Source of the DNA: Octopus sinensis
Lineage: Eukaryota
Direction: 5' to 3'
NCBI RefSeq assembly: GCF_006345805.1
Contig: NC_043001.1
Span: 52,080,001 to 52,144,000 of the forward strand
Length of the DNA stretch: 64,000 bases
Shown one piece after another: positions 51,670 through 64,000 of the stretch; positions within the stretch are counted from its first letter, which is position 1, and each line of letters starts with the position of its first letter. The notes beneath the pieces are model-generated. The model saw only the letters and a list, made by a program, of their open reading frames with translations, did not search any database and had not been told where the DNA came from. Made by a program: the position numbers and the translations under genes.

Positions 51670-53690
51670 ATTTTTTATTTTTTTTGAAACATAGGAAGCA
51701 GAATGCGCCCTCCACGGCACACAAACAAGTAATCCCCAAATATGCCGCTATCACTGCGCCAGAGACTCTGCACACAAATAGTGCCTGCATCTTCACGCAT
51801 CTACCCGGCACTAGACGCACTACCGGCCAAGGCCAAAGCACGCATCCCACAATAACATCAACACCACCAAATAGTAAATCGAAATTCAAACACACACAAC
51901 TCGGAGTCCCAAAATCTGCCGGTATTCCCAACGTGAGAGAACATGTCTACTGAGTGACTGTCCCTTCACTCATCTTCCAGGGACCCGACGCACAAACAGA
52001 AACGGGGCCTCAAGCCAACACACAAACCTGAATAACATTAAAAATAGAAACACACCATGCTGCAGTAATGCTGGTCCAGTCTTTTCAGGAAGACACAAAA
52101 AAACAACAACAAAAGTGGAAACTACAACTATCCAACAGTGCAACCACACCTCCAGCCAAAAACTGCTCCCTAAGCAGGGAAATTCTTTTTTAGCCATGTT
52201 GAACATGGCAAAAGAGATACACAAAAACATTCTAGCCATCACTCAACACCATCCTATGCTATTACCCCAGTGCACCAATTCCCCACATTGCTGCCACTAA
52301 CACACACAAAAAATCCAAGCCCCCTGCAACAGTCAAAACCAGCCACTACACTAACCTCCACATTCCTACTCAATGCACAAGGTGTCAGCCCTTCCATCAA
52401 TGCACAAAAATGGAAGGTCCAATTCATTGAAGACTGGGTTGGTAACCATTCACACCACATCCCTTTCTTCATTCTCACTGAGACCCACCTTGACAACTCC
52501 CACTTGGAAGCCGAAGTGAGAGTGAAGAATTTCACAACCATCCGCGCGGATCGTATCGGCAGGAGGAAGGGTGGAACTGCCATTTTCCTGCATGATTCAT
52601 TTACGGCAGATGGAAATAGTATATCTCCAATGGCTACTGTGAATCAGTCACCGTGCACAACAAAGCCAATGACCTGACAGTAATTGGGCTCTATAGGCCG
52701 TCCCAAACACCCATACTGTGCTTAAAGAATGCCTCAACAGCATTAAGTGCTTTATTCAACAGTGCCATTCTAGCAACATACTCATGATGGGAGACTTCAA
52801 TCTACCCTGTGTTGACTGGACTACAAACTGTTTGAAACCAAGCACTCCCGCCTCAACCGCTGACAAAGAAGTAGCAGAGTCACTTTTCGACTTTACGAAT
52901 GAGTTTTTCTTGTCCCAACTTGTCTTGCACCAACAAGACATCAGAACATTTTGGACCTAGTGTTTAGTAACCACACTAACACTATACATAACGTTACAGT
53001 GGAAAAAACCCTTTTTCAGACCATGACATGGTTCTCTGTAACATGAAATTCCACCAGCCGAAAATTAATCCTAGTGACCTTCCTCCAGCCCACCCATTTG
53101 ACAACATGGATCTCCATAAAGCCAACTGGGATGCAATCAGGAACGAGCTATCAAATGTTGACTGGTCTTTACACATACACACATCTCCACCAACCATAAA
53201 ACATCTTGGCAGATTTGTAGACACCGTCACAGACATATGTGCAAAACACTCCCCACCAAGACCTTTGAACAAAAAGTGCAGAATCCCCCAAAACAGAAAA
53301 ACCATTATCAGAAAAATAAAAAGAACAAACAAAAAAATTAACAAACTAAAGTACTGCCAACAGCAACACACACATTCGACGGCTATCGCACTGCTTGAAT
53401 CCAAAAAATATAACCTCCAACAATGCATGAAGACCCTCATCAATAACCAAAGATCAGCTGAGGAGAAGTGGGCCATTGAAAAAATCAAACTCAACCCCAA
53501 AGTGTTCTTTTCTTTGCGAGGAAACGCAGGGTCACTGTCTCCACTGTAGGCCCTCTAATTGACGAAATGGCACTATCCAAGATAATGCCAAATCCATGGC
53601 TTAGATACTGCAGAAACAATACTGCTCTGTTTTCAGCAATCCTGATATGGCCAATCTGGGCTGTATCAGTGATGTCAACCCCAACACACT
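51670..53690 (+). mobile_element. CR1-clade LINE family C: ORF1 end (two CCCH fingers) + APE + linker; cut by the assembly gap
   Basis: KICRYSQRERTCLLSDCPFTHLPGTRR; FLLNAQG, LTETHL, RKGGTAIF, GDFNLP, LHKANW, KLNPKVFF; several frameshifts. Confidence 0.88.
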
Positions 53691-53790
53691 NNNNNNNNNN
53701 NNNNNNNNNNNNNNNNNNNNNNNNNNNNNNNNNNNNNNNNNNNNNNNNNNNNNNNNNNNNNNNNNNNNNNNNNNNNNNNNNNNNNNNNNN
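53691..53790. other. Assembly gap (100 N)
   Basis: Exactly 100 N. Confidence 1.
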
Positions 53791-53827
53791 TATATAATAT
53801 ATATATGTATATATATATATATTATAT

Positions 53828-54050
53828 GTATATATATATTTTTTTTTAGACCCCCTTCGGTCACGACACAGACCATAGGATTGCACCTAGAAAGTTGCCC
53901 TCCTAGACACAAGTCCGGGCGAGGTTGTTTATGGAAGACCAGCAGTCGCCCATGCATACCAGCCTCCCCCTCCACGCCACCAGTGTTATCCAAGGGAAAG
54001 ACAAAGGTCGATACAGCTTGGCACCAGTGACGTCGCAACTCATTTCTACA
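53828..54050 (-). mobile_element. SINE family D body and tail (head absent)
   Basis: gtagaaatgagttgcgacgtcactggtgccaagctgtatcg..gggcgactgctggtcttccataaacaac..gaccgaagggggtct (recalled cephalopod repeat). Confidence 0.55.
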
Positions 54051-54114
54051 TATATATATATATGTATATGTATATCTATATATATATGTATATATATATA
54101 TATATATATATACG

Positions 54115-54149
<35 letters not shown>

Positions 54150-54405
54150 GTATATATATGTATATATATATATGTATATATATATGTATTTATATAATAA
54201 AACGATTTCTGTTCAATCTGCGTTCAGCTCCATTTCTTCAATTCACCAATAATGTTTTAAGTTCAATTATCCGCACCAACGCACGGTTGCAACGCCAGAT
54301 GGTTGTACCTCCAACCGTGCTGTTTACTGCTGTGATTTTTGCTACTTAGGTATCGGTTAAACTTTTGATTAATCTACTACAAGATTATTCATCTTTCTAT
54401 TTCAC

Positions 54406-54443
<38 letters not shown>

Positions 54444-55440
54444 TATATATTATATATATATATATGTTATGTGTGTGTGTGTATTATGAGAAGCAAACAC
54501 CAAGATATAGATGCTGACTATATTTGTTACTCACTTAGTATTTTCCAAGGAAGCAAGTCAAAACAATGTATTTTGGATTATTGCTGTTACTTTGGAACCA
54601 CGAGAAAGCAGATTTTGGAATAAATACTTTGTTACTTCGACGATTCTGTCTTACTACAATGTGTTTCTAGGATTACGTTAGACGATATATTTATCCGTTT
54701 TAAGACGTAAAAATATAACTGGGGCCAATTCAAGCTGGTCAATCGATGAATACAACGAGCGGATTCATTGTTTGGTGAGGACTAAAAGCATCAGTTACCA
54801 GGATGATTAGGAAATGAAAATCGTTTCCATATATAGTTTTGAATGTTGTAAATAAAAGTGTTTTTGAAGAACATTCAGCAGCTGTTTACCGCATATTTTT
54901 CGATTATATTATATTATGAAGAGGTGGTGTTGCGATGATTTATTTTCTTATAACCTCTACACAAAATCTTATTCATGCTGTCTTGATTAATTTGTTTTTT
55001 ATTCATCAAATGTATGCATTGTCACTTATGTTTATCACAACAATTTTCAGAATTTGTTCTCCAATCCATGCTATTTATGATATATTATTTCCCCTGAGAT
55101 ATCCTGACATGCTGCAGACTTTGGCAAAGTTTTGTTGCTTAAGATTAGGTTTTGTATATTATCTCTTTACTTCAGTTAGAAATTTGTGTGGCATTTACGA
55201 TTTGTTTGCCTTATCTATGTCAAGTGCACATTTTATTCTGTAAATTCCGTAGCTTAGGATGCTGGTGTCATTTTATCTGTAATATATTGTTTTCCTTGAT
55301 CCCTTAGTCTGAAGAAAGAAAATCAAATATAAGGAAATAAAAAAAATAGCTTATACATATTTATAACTTTATGAATGGAAATGAAATCAATACATTATCT
55401 ATACCCTGACTTTCAGTACAATGGCCTCTAAATAAGATCT

Positions 55441-55483
<43 letters not shown>

Positions 55484-56045
55484 GTATATATATGTATATG
55501 TATGTATATATGCATGTATGTATGTATGCATATATATATATATATATATATATGCATGTATGTATGTATGCATATATATATATATATATATACACACTTA
55601 CATACAGTTTCCTAGAGAGAGAGAGGGGGAGTGAGGGAGATTAGATGATATATATTTGCCCCTGGTCTTCTATTATTCATTTCAGCTATCGGTTTTATTA
55701 TTTATTATTTTATAAATTTTCCTGCGAGAACATTGCACTCAAACGTTTTACTATTTGCAGAAGTAAAATGAAATGGGCCACCGGCCTATAGAAACTCTGA
55801 ATACTAAAGCATAAGAATACAATAGACGTTTCCTTCATTTCTTATTATATGTACTCTGTACTTAGCCTCCTTAAAATTTGATGCTTGAATTCACGGTCTT
55901 TTAACGTGCAACCAATTACTTACCTATAAGCATGCCTGTCGTGCATGCGAGGACGTTCTTAATTATATACATATATACATATAAATATAAAGTTAATCCA
56001 AACATGAGCAAGTATAGTATTATTGGACGCTCAGGAAAGAAGGAG

Positions 56046-56081
56046 GATTTTACGTTTCGAGCGGAGCTCTTCGTCAGAAAC
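56046..56081 (-). ncRNA. Minimal type I hammerhead ribozyme motif in a Penelope-like terminal-repeat fragment
   Basis: GUUU-CUGACGA-A-GAGC(UCC)GCUC-GAAAC-GUA-AAAU. Confidence 0.55.
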
Positions 56082-56136
56082 ATAGGAAAAGGAAAGATCC
56101 AAGGAAGGGAAGACAGAGGAAAAAAATTGCCAACGG

Positions 56137-56167
<31 letters not shown>

Positions 56168-56740
56168 GTGTGTGTGTCTGTAAAATTTAGAAAGTGGCCT
56201 AGCTTAGCTATTGATCTATAGATTACAAACATGATGAACGGCGGAACGGCAGAATTCTGCTTTAAGCATGACATATAACCCCTTATAACTTTTTCATTGT
56301 TGGGAATTTTGGGAAAATTATTGCCTATTTGTATTCTATACACGGGAATTAACACGACTATGCAGTATGTGTTTTAAAAGTAAAAAAAAAATTCTTAATC
56401 ACAGTTTAAAATACGGATAATCCGGATTTTTGGCTTAAATCCAAGCAATAGGCCATTAAATGCTTTTATGGAGACAAAGATATTGAAAGATATTAATAGG
56501 TCAAACTGATAATGAAATGAGGAGAGCATGAGGGGATTATGCTCAACGTATCAGATAAATAGCCACTAAATCTGTACCAAACTTTTTGCGTTTTTTTTTG
56601 CATAGTCGCATGACTTCCCGTGTGTAGAATACAAATTTTCTAAACTTTTCTGAAAATTAAAAAAACAAAGAAAAGAAAAGAACAACGCCAATCGATTTTC
56701 AAGTCTTATTGGATTTTTCTCGCTTGGTTCGAGAATGACG

Positions 56741-56804
56741 GTTCTATAATTTCTTGCCGATAGTGATCATATTTTTTATCACTATCGGCAAGAAATTATA
56801 GAAC
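56741..56804. repeat. Perfect 27-bp inverted repeat with a 10-nt loop
   Basis: gttctataatttcttgccgatagtgat / atcactatcggcaagaaattatagaac. Confidence 0.97.
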
Positions 56805-57646
56805 TTGTCTATAGTGATCATATTTTTGAACTTTTCATTAGCTCACTCTCTCCATCAAATCAACGTTGCCGCAACAGGTACCCAGTGTACCACACTTTAA
56901 GTAGCGAAGTGATAGCAGAGCAACGGAACACAACGCACCACCCGGTCTTCGAACTAAAACCGCTATGTGCCCTCGCTCTCATACACGCACCCACATGTAT
57001 GTACGTATGTAAGTATGTATGTATGTATGTATGTATGTATGCATGTATCATGTATGTATGTGTGTATGTGAATATGTGTATGTGTGTGTATAGTTGTTGA
57101 AAACATAAGTCAGACAAGTACAACGGCCTCAAGTAAGTTCAACGTCATTTAAAACACGCTGTAATGCGTGATAAAACAACGTTAGAGAAGAAAATATTCC
57201 CAGAAAATACTTCCATACTTAGAATTCCTCCCTGAAATTGGTGATTCATTATGGAAGCAATTCTTCGATTATCGACATTACGTCACATATAAGTCACGAA
57301 TGCAAATTCGATGATTTTGCACTCTGATGTTCTAAAGTTCATATTCTGTCAGGAACACTTTGTAAACATAACTGTCCACTTTAAACAAGAAAAGCAGAGA
57401 ATATGAAACCAGTTCACATCCTGAAGATGAATCAAAGTTAGCCTGAAAATATTGATAAAGAAAATTTGAGAAATTTATTGTTCTAAACGAAAAATAGGTG
57501 GTTGATACGCAGATACAGAGATGCGTTCAATACATAATTCTTCAAACAAAAGCTCTTCCACGCGCACACACGTACTCACTCACTGATTATATAGTTTAGT
57601 CCGGGGTAAATAGGAAGTCTTTGTGCAGTGCTTAACCGGTTAGATA

Positions 57647-58000
57647 TTCTTTTCTACTCTATGAACATGGCCCAAAATTTTTGGGGAGGGGGCCAGTTGA
57701 TTAGATCGACTCCATTACGCAATTAATTTATCGACTCTGAAAGCATGAAAGGCAAAATCAACCTCGGCAGAATTTGAACTCAGAACGTAAAGACACAAAA
57801 TTCCATTAAGCATTTCGGCCCACGTGCTAACGTCTCTGCCAGATGGCTACGTTGCTTAACCGGTTAGATATTCTTTTCTCTTCTACTCTAGGCATAAGGC
57901 CCGAAATTTTGGTGGAGAGGGCCAGTAGATTAGGTCGACCCCAGTACGCAACTGATACTTAATTTACTCCGAAAGGATAAAAGGTAAAGTCGACCTCTGA
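57647..58000 (-). mobile_element. Two tandem SINE family B copies; the left one has a 17-bp TSD
   Basis: tgcttaaccggttagat at ~57630 and ~57853. Confidence 0.8.
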
Positions 58001-58458
58001 ACCGATTATATATTGCAGGCCAATTTGCTTACAAACCAATCTTCTCTCACTCTCTTCAAACTGCATACGTGTAGTATGACGCTTTTGATAAATATCTCAG
58101 GTATAAAATCAGGCTTGTGCTGGTAAGGATAATATTAGTTCTAGGATTTATTTTATTATTTCTGTGGTTACATTAGTGCTTTGTATGTTTCTTATGTAGA
58201 ATATGTAATTTTTTCATGTATCATGAAATAGTCAATATACTTCTTCAATTGAATCATTTGCGTTATTTGTTATAATGTTGAGTGGTGATGTTCCGTGTGT
58301 GCTATGGGAGCTGCTTTATGTTATTTAATACAGTTGTGTAGTATGTGTTTACTGATGTATTGAGTCGTATGTGTTTACTGATATATTAGCTGTTTGAAAC
58401 AGGTTTTGACTGTGCAAAAAATATGTATTACTTTGCTTAATTTTTGTTTGGTGCAGAG

Positions 58459-59640
58459 CAATCGGTCTCCAGCTATGAAAAGATGTAAGCGAACCCTAAA
58501 GAGTTTTCAGTTGATTAGATTATTATAGTTAAAAGTAAACCATCAGAAATTTTCAGAATCTACGTTTATCTTGAAAGATATGTACATTCTAAAACGGAAA
58601 AGAGATGAAAGAAAGTCAATATGAGTGATCAATAACGCTTTTACTTTACATTTGTTTCTTTTGTAAATCTCTTTGAAGTCTGGTTTAATCGTTGATAGGT
58701 GAATTCTCATATCTGTCTTGGTATTCATTTTATTTCAATGATTACTTTTCTTTATTGTATATGCAGAAATTGCTACTTCTTTGAGATATGTAAGTGGAAA
58801 AAAGAAAAAAAATTTTGATAGTCATTTCTGATAGCAGTAGAAATTCTTCTTTTAGAGAATACTAAAATATTGAAAGTGACTGGCATTTTTTATGCTGCTT
58901 TTAATGTTGGATCAGAAATGATGTCAATAAACTGCTCACATTCCGCTACATCTCCATTCACTGCTCTTCCTTGCACACTAAGAGGTTCACTAATCCAGGC
59001 ATTATTTCGTAACAGTATACTTTTATCATTTGGAAAGTATTTATCAATTGACTTATAAAATATTCCATTCAAAGGCGTTAAAAGAATATTCGTATTTATG
59101 TCAGCATTTAGTTCATTGGATGTGATTTTAGAAATAGCGAAGCTCTCAAACACAGTTTGTACAGGAGTTTTCTAAAACACCAGTTACCTTTTTAAAGTTT
59201 GCATTTTATCATTGGTAGCGTCGACTATTACATGTTTCCTTTGCAATGAAAGGTTAACAATTTATTTTGTGGTATTTTTAAGCCAATGACTAGATTTTTC
59301 AGGTCTGAATGAAGACAGTTTCTCTGTTTATCGCTGTTCTAAGTGGAAAGGATTTTCCGTAACAAGCTGCCATTTTAACACGAGATATTTGTATTTCGTT
59401 ATGTAGCAGAAGAGTTTTGTGGGTACTTCCTATTTCATCATACTGGATATTAAAAATGGTGCAAGTTTAAATATCCAGTCTTAATACGATAATAACCGAT
59501 TTTCCTGAGTTCCTCTATCCTTTGCTGGGTTTGGTTTTTCATCTCGCGGGTTGTCTAAAAACAATACTTCACCCTTCTCATCAAGCAGCTTAATGGGATT
59601 GCTTGTTTAGACGCTGACGGCAGTTGCATTGTCATATTTT
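58459..59640 (-). mobile_element. hAT (Buster/Charlie-like) transposase C-terminal half, degraded
   Basis: LLLHNE, NLSLQRKHV, WISEP..EQFIDIISDPTLKAA, DMRIHLSTIKPDF; CAATCGGTCTCCAGC at 58459 resembles a hAT terminus. Confidence 0.8.
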
Positions 59641-60239
59641 AATCATTATTGATCATTATATATATATATATTTATTTATTATCACTATTTCTACAACAAT
59701 CGTTACCACCATGTATACCTATTGTTATCATTGCTATTATTGTTAATACTATTATCATTACTGTTGTTTGTTGGTATTGCTATCTTACTTGTTAACATTT
59801 CCATTGTTGGGTTTAGCATTTTATCATCTGTATGCTCAATGGCACGGCTTGTGTCATCACGGCTGTTGGTATTTTTCTGTGGTTGTCACTGCAGTTGTTT
59901 TGTCCCTACCGTATCTGCCTTCTTACAGATGGATCCGTTGTTATTGTCATCATTACTTTTTTAAGAACTACTGATTCTGATTTTGTCTTCGCTACGTTCT
60001 TTAGCCATGGAGGGATGGAAAATTTTAGTCTATTAGTTTAGCTGTTTCTGCCGTTGTTACTCCATGTAAAGGAACGAGGGTCTAGGGAGAAAATAGTTGT
60101 ACAGACTCTTTGATCGGTCGGGTATTTGACTGTTCTGGTGGTAGATACAGGGTGATTGGCAACTGTTAAGGGTAGAAGAGAAGGTAGGCTGGATAGAAAC
60201 ATAGTTATGATAGTAATGATAATAAAATAATAATAATAA

Positions 60240-61775
60240 CAGGAAAGAAACAAAGGAATGTTGTCATAAGCACGGATGATATGAAAGAGCAAGTGGGTAA
60301 AGTGCCTAACTGGAAAGCCCCCGGACCTGATGGGATTCATGGCTTCTGGCTGAAGAGATGCCATGCATGAAAGACTAGCAGCCCAGGGAAATCTGTAAAA
60401 CATAGATTCTTTAACCAAAACAATCCAGAAGTGTGGTAGGGACATCGGCATGGAATTTGCGATTACTAAGTTCTCAGTACTTAATATGAAAAGAGGGAAG
60501 AAAGCAGCCTATAGAGGATTGCGATTACTATCAAGAGAGACCATGAGTGAACCGGATGGTAGTGGGTATAGATATTTAGGGATTTTGAAACTGGATAAAA
60601 TTCTACACAGGGAAATGAAAGTCAAGGTCAGCGAGGCGTATCAAAAAAGGGGGTAGATGGTGTTGAAATACAACCTGAATGCCAAACATTTGATTACCAC
60701 AATGAATATCTGGGCAGTTGCGGTGGTCAGACAGTGCGTCCATCCTCAAATGGACTAAGGAGGAAATATCAACACTGGATAGAAGGACTAGAAGGTTGAT
60801 GATGCTGCATGGGGCGCTACACCCTAAAGCAAACGTAAACAGACTGTACATGGAAAGAAAGAGTGGTGGCAGAGGACTAATTAGCATAGACCATTGTATC
60901 AGGAGTGAAAGAATAACGCTTGCCGAGTATTTGATGCAATATGCCGCGAAAGATAAGGGTGTAAATGCAGATGAAATGATGGGCAATGAAGAGTTTAACC
61001 AAGGAGCTGAGGAGAAGAGAAAAGAAGTCTTCCTTGAAATGAGAATGCATGTTTGAAAGGAATATAGAAAACGTTAATGATAATACAGCATCGTGGGCAT
61101 GGCTTGATCGAGGTGATTTCAAGCGTACCATCGAAAGCCTGATTGTTGCTGCACAAGACTAGGTTTTTCGCTACCAATTCAGTGAAGTATAAAATATATA
61201 AAACTTCTGACAACCAGAAATGCAGACTTTGTGGAAAGGGTATGGAAAATGTGACCCACTTGGTAAGCGGATGTGAGGGCCTTGCACAAAAAGAACACAA
61301 GCGCCGCCACAATAAAGTGTGTGTATATCTTCATTGGCTTTTATTCCATAAATTCGAGTATGAAGTAACAGATAGCTGGTATGAGCATGTACTAAGTAAA
61401 GTTATGCAGGAGGATGGAAAAGTAATTATACTCTGGTAATATGATTTTCAGACAGATCGTGTAATCGAACACCGTCGGCCGGGTATTGATGTAACCATAC
61501 CAAATAACATGAGCGTTGTGAGTAAAGAAGTTGAAAAAATCACCAAGTACTCCGAATTGAAAGTGGAAATAGCAAGACTGTGGTGATAGGAGCGTTGGAC
61601 TCAATCCCATTGAAACGGCTACTGGAAATCCTATGCAAGATTGATATCTTGCATAATGCAGCCTTATTGGGTACAGCGCACATCTTAGGGAAAGTACTAT
61701 TTTTCTGAGGTCCTTGTTGTGACCTAACAGATGACTAAAGACTCCGGTGCATTTTTACCTACCTGTGTTATGAAG

Positions 61776-61776
<1 letters not shown>
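60240..61776 (+). mobile_element. Dong/R4-clade RLE LINE copy 1 (RT core deleted)
   Basis: PNWKAPGPDGIHGFWLK, YRYLGIL, DRRTRRLMMLHGALHPKANVNRLY..GGRGL, CRLCGKGMENVTHLVSGC, RHNKV, HRRPGI. Confidence 0.9.

Positions 61777-61829
<53 letters not shown>
61777..61829. repeat. (TAA)n microsatellite between two Dong-like copies
   Basis: Direct reading, ~17 units. Confidence 0.97.
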
Positions 61830-61831
<2 letters not shown>

Positions 61832-63070
61832 TGGACTCAAGAAGGGCGAAATATTTTACCTAAAAAAAGGCAAGATACAGTCCCTAACAGCGATAGAATT
61901 ACCATATTGAGACTTGATTAAACGAATTGAAACGGAAGGATGCAAATACCTTGGTGTACTCGAGTTCAACGAGATAATGGAAAAAGAAATGAAGGAGCAA
62001 CTGAGGATGGAGTATTTCCGAAGACAGGTTGATGTTGCGCTCAAAATTGACTGGATGGAATAATATCCAAGCAGTTAATACGTGGGCGATATCGAAACAG
62101 AGGAAAACAGCCAAAAGTGGGATATAAAAATGGCGGGGAGCCACTGTTGAAACACGAAGAAGGCCAGCGTCATCAAAACTGAAAATTGTGTCGCTAAAGA
62201 AAATGCTAAATAAGAAATGAAAAAATAAAACGAAAAAGCATGGAAGGAAAAAAACATACGGTAAGTTTGCTAGACATGTGAACGTCAAGACAGATACAGA
62301 GGACCAGTAGCTATGGATGTGGAGGTGTGGCCTGAAGATAGAAATAGAAGCACTCATATGCGCAGTTCAGGAACAAGCGTTAAGGACCAATTATATGAAG
62401 TGCAGAATAAAGAACACTACCGATAGCGACAAATGTAGAATGTGTGGTGAGAAGGATGAAACGGTATGGCACATCGTAAGTGAATGCCCGAAATTGGCCC
62501 AACGCAAATACAAAAGACGCCATGACAATGTGGCAAGAATGATCCATTGGAAGCTCTGTGAAAATCACGGCCTACAAAGAGCAAAGACATGGTATGAGAA
62601 AACTTTAGAAGGAGGCACCGAAAATGAAAATTGCAATATCCTGTGGGATGCAGTGACCCAGTACGATCACCTTACCAGACATTGCTGTGGTGAATAGAAA
62701 AGAACATGTATAATAATCGACGTAGCATGCCTCGTTGACAACAGGATCAAATTGAAAGAAGAAAAATAAATAAACAACTATAACGATTTAAAGTAGGAAA
62801 TACGGAGGTTGTGGTCAATGAAGAGAGTAGACGTGATGGCAATAGTAAGTGGTACACTTGGAAGTATCAGCACTCAACTATCAACATGGCTGAAAAAGAT
62901 CGGTGCAAGTATGAAGGTAGAATACCTACAAAAATTGGCATTGCTCGGAACTGCGAGAATTCTTCGCAGGATTCTTGAAACAGGACCAGTAAACAAGTTC
63001 CACCTTAGTCTGCTGGCTGTGGACAGCTGACGCATTTCATCATACCCAGAAAAATGCTGTGAGTTTTCAT
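61830..63070 (+). mobile_element. Dong/R4-clade RLE LINE copy 2 (5'-truncated)
   Basis: KYLGVLE, QAVNTWAI, EALICAVQEQALRTN, CRMCGEKDETVWHIVSECPKLAQRKYKRRHDNV, IIDVAC, LQKLALLGTARILRR. Confidence 0.92.
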
Positions 63071-63084
63071 ATAATAACAATAAT

Positions 63085-64000
63085 TTCATTTATTGGCCAC
63101 CAGAATGAGGGGGACATACAAAGACAGACATAAACTGTACGTGTTTACACATAATGAAATGATAAAATAATGAAATAGGTAACTAAATAAGTAAGTATAC
63201 ACGGTATATAATGAAAGGGAAATATACATAGTATATAAAGGTCGAAAGAGCAAAAAAGGCCAGGGAGGATGATAGAGATGTAGCCCTCCTGATATAGGAT
63301 GACATCTAGGGGTAATCGGGAAATCCCAGTGTCCGAGATTTCCTTGAACACCAAGAGCAAGTGTCCTCTTCAATTCATTCCCTCCATCTTACGGGTCTAT
63401 ACTTACCATTTTCGTAACTTCCCCCCGCCACTTTCAATAAACTCACTTGAGTGCAGCACTTCTATCTCTATCCTAAATTTCCTTTTCAAGTGAAGCTTGA
63501 CGTCAATGAGAGCACCACCAAAGAAGATTATTTGTCCTCATGCCTTTCAGTCTTGTCCACCAAACAATCTCTTTTGCCACAGCCACCAGGCAAAGGAAAA
63601 CTGCCTTGCCTGCTCGAGTGAAGGAGGGCGGCGGAAAAATCATCATTACAAACTCGGCCGATAAACGGATCCGTCCCACACGTCACAACAGCGTGCACCT
63701 CAGCCAAGCCCACTTGATAGCACATCCGTGCTTATTGACTTTATCTCCTCCCGGTAGCAGTGCAAGGCGAAGGGCATCTGGAAATTATCCATGATAGTTC
63801 CCGATCGGTGTGTGCTCCGTAACAGAGTAGCCAGTTAGTTTTCGTCGGCGTCCAGAGTCTCCCCGAGAACGTCGTCGCACTTCCTGTATAAATTTCTAAA
63901 GCGAAACATCCACACATCCTATTGCCCGACTGGTCCAGGGCTGTGAGAGCTTGACAACATTCTATGTGCCAGGCGCACAGTCTCGGTCTTTTCTTCACCC
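63085..64000 (-). mobile_element. Tx1/L1-clade LINE 3' end; continues beyond the right edge
   Basis: LVAVAKEIVWWTRLKG C-terminal motif, pyrimidine-rich 3'UTR, tail gtctgtctttgtatgtccccctca..ggccaataaa. Confidence 0.8.

Noticed and set aside
53640-53830. Joining CR1 family C to the family B RT fragments or to the sequence after the gap
   Set aside because: The 100-N gap has unknown size and the fragments do not overlap, so this cannot be tested here

Overview
Eukaryotic, very AT-rich, repeat-dominated DNA with no securely identifiable host gene, no rRNA or true tRNA genes and no CRISPR. The abundant (TA)n/(CA)n tracts and the tRNA-derived SINE families match repeats I recall from Octopus genomes, so a cephalopod origin is likely (inference). 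About 20 autonomous-element fragments are recognisable by protein motifs: Tx1/L1 (3), CR1-clade (4), RTE, Dong/R4 (3), Penelope-like (3), Tc1 (2), maT, Tigger/pogo, hAT and Merlin. There are also at least 4 SINE families, a MITE, hammerhead-ribozyme motifs and a 100-N gap (53691-53790). The most notable object is a full-length CR1-clade LINE on the minus strand (~46345-51490). Its ORF1 joins a Myb/SANT-like (trihelix-type) domain to a CCCH zinc finger. Its 5'UTR holds a 16-copy modular tandem array. Its ORF2 has no nonsense codons, only four single-base deletions. Two SINE families share 3' tails with LINEs in the same window (CR1 and Tx1).
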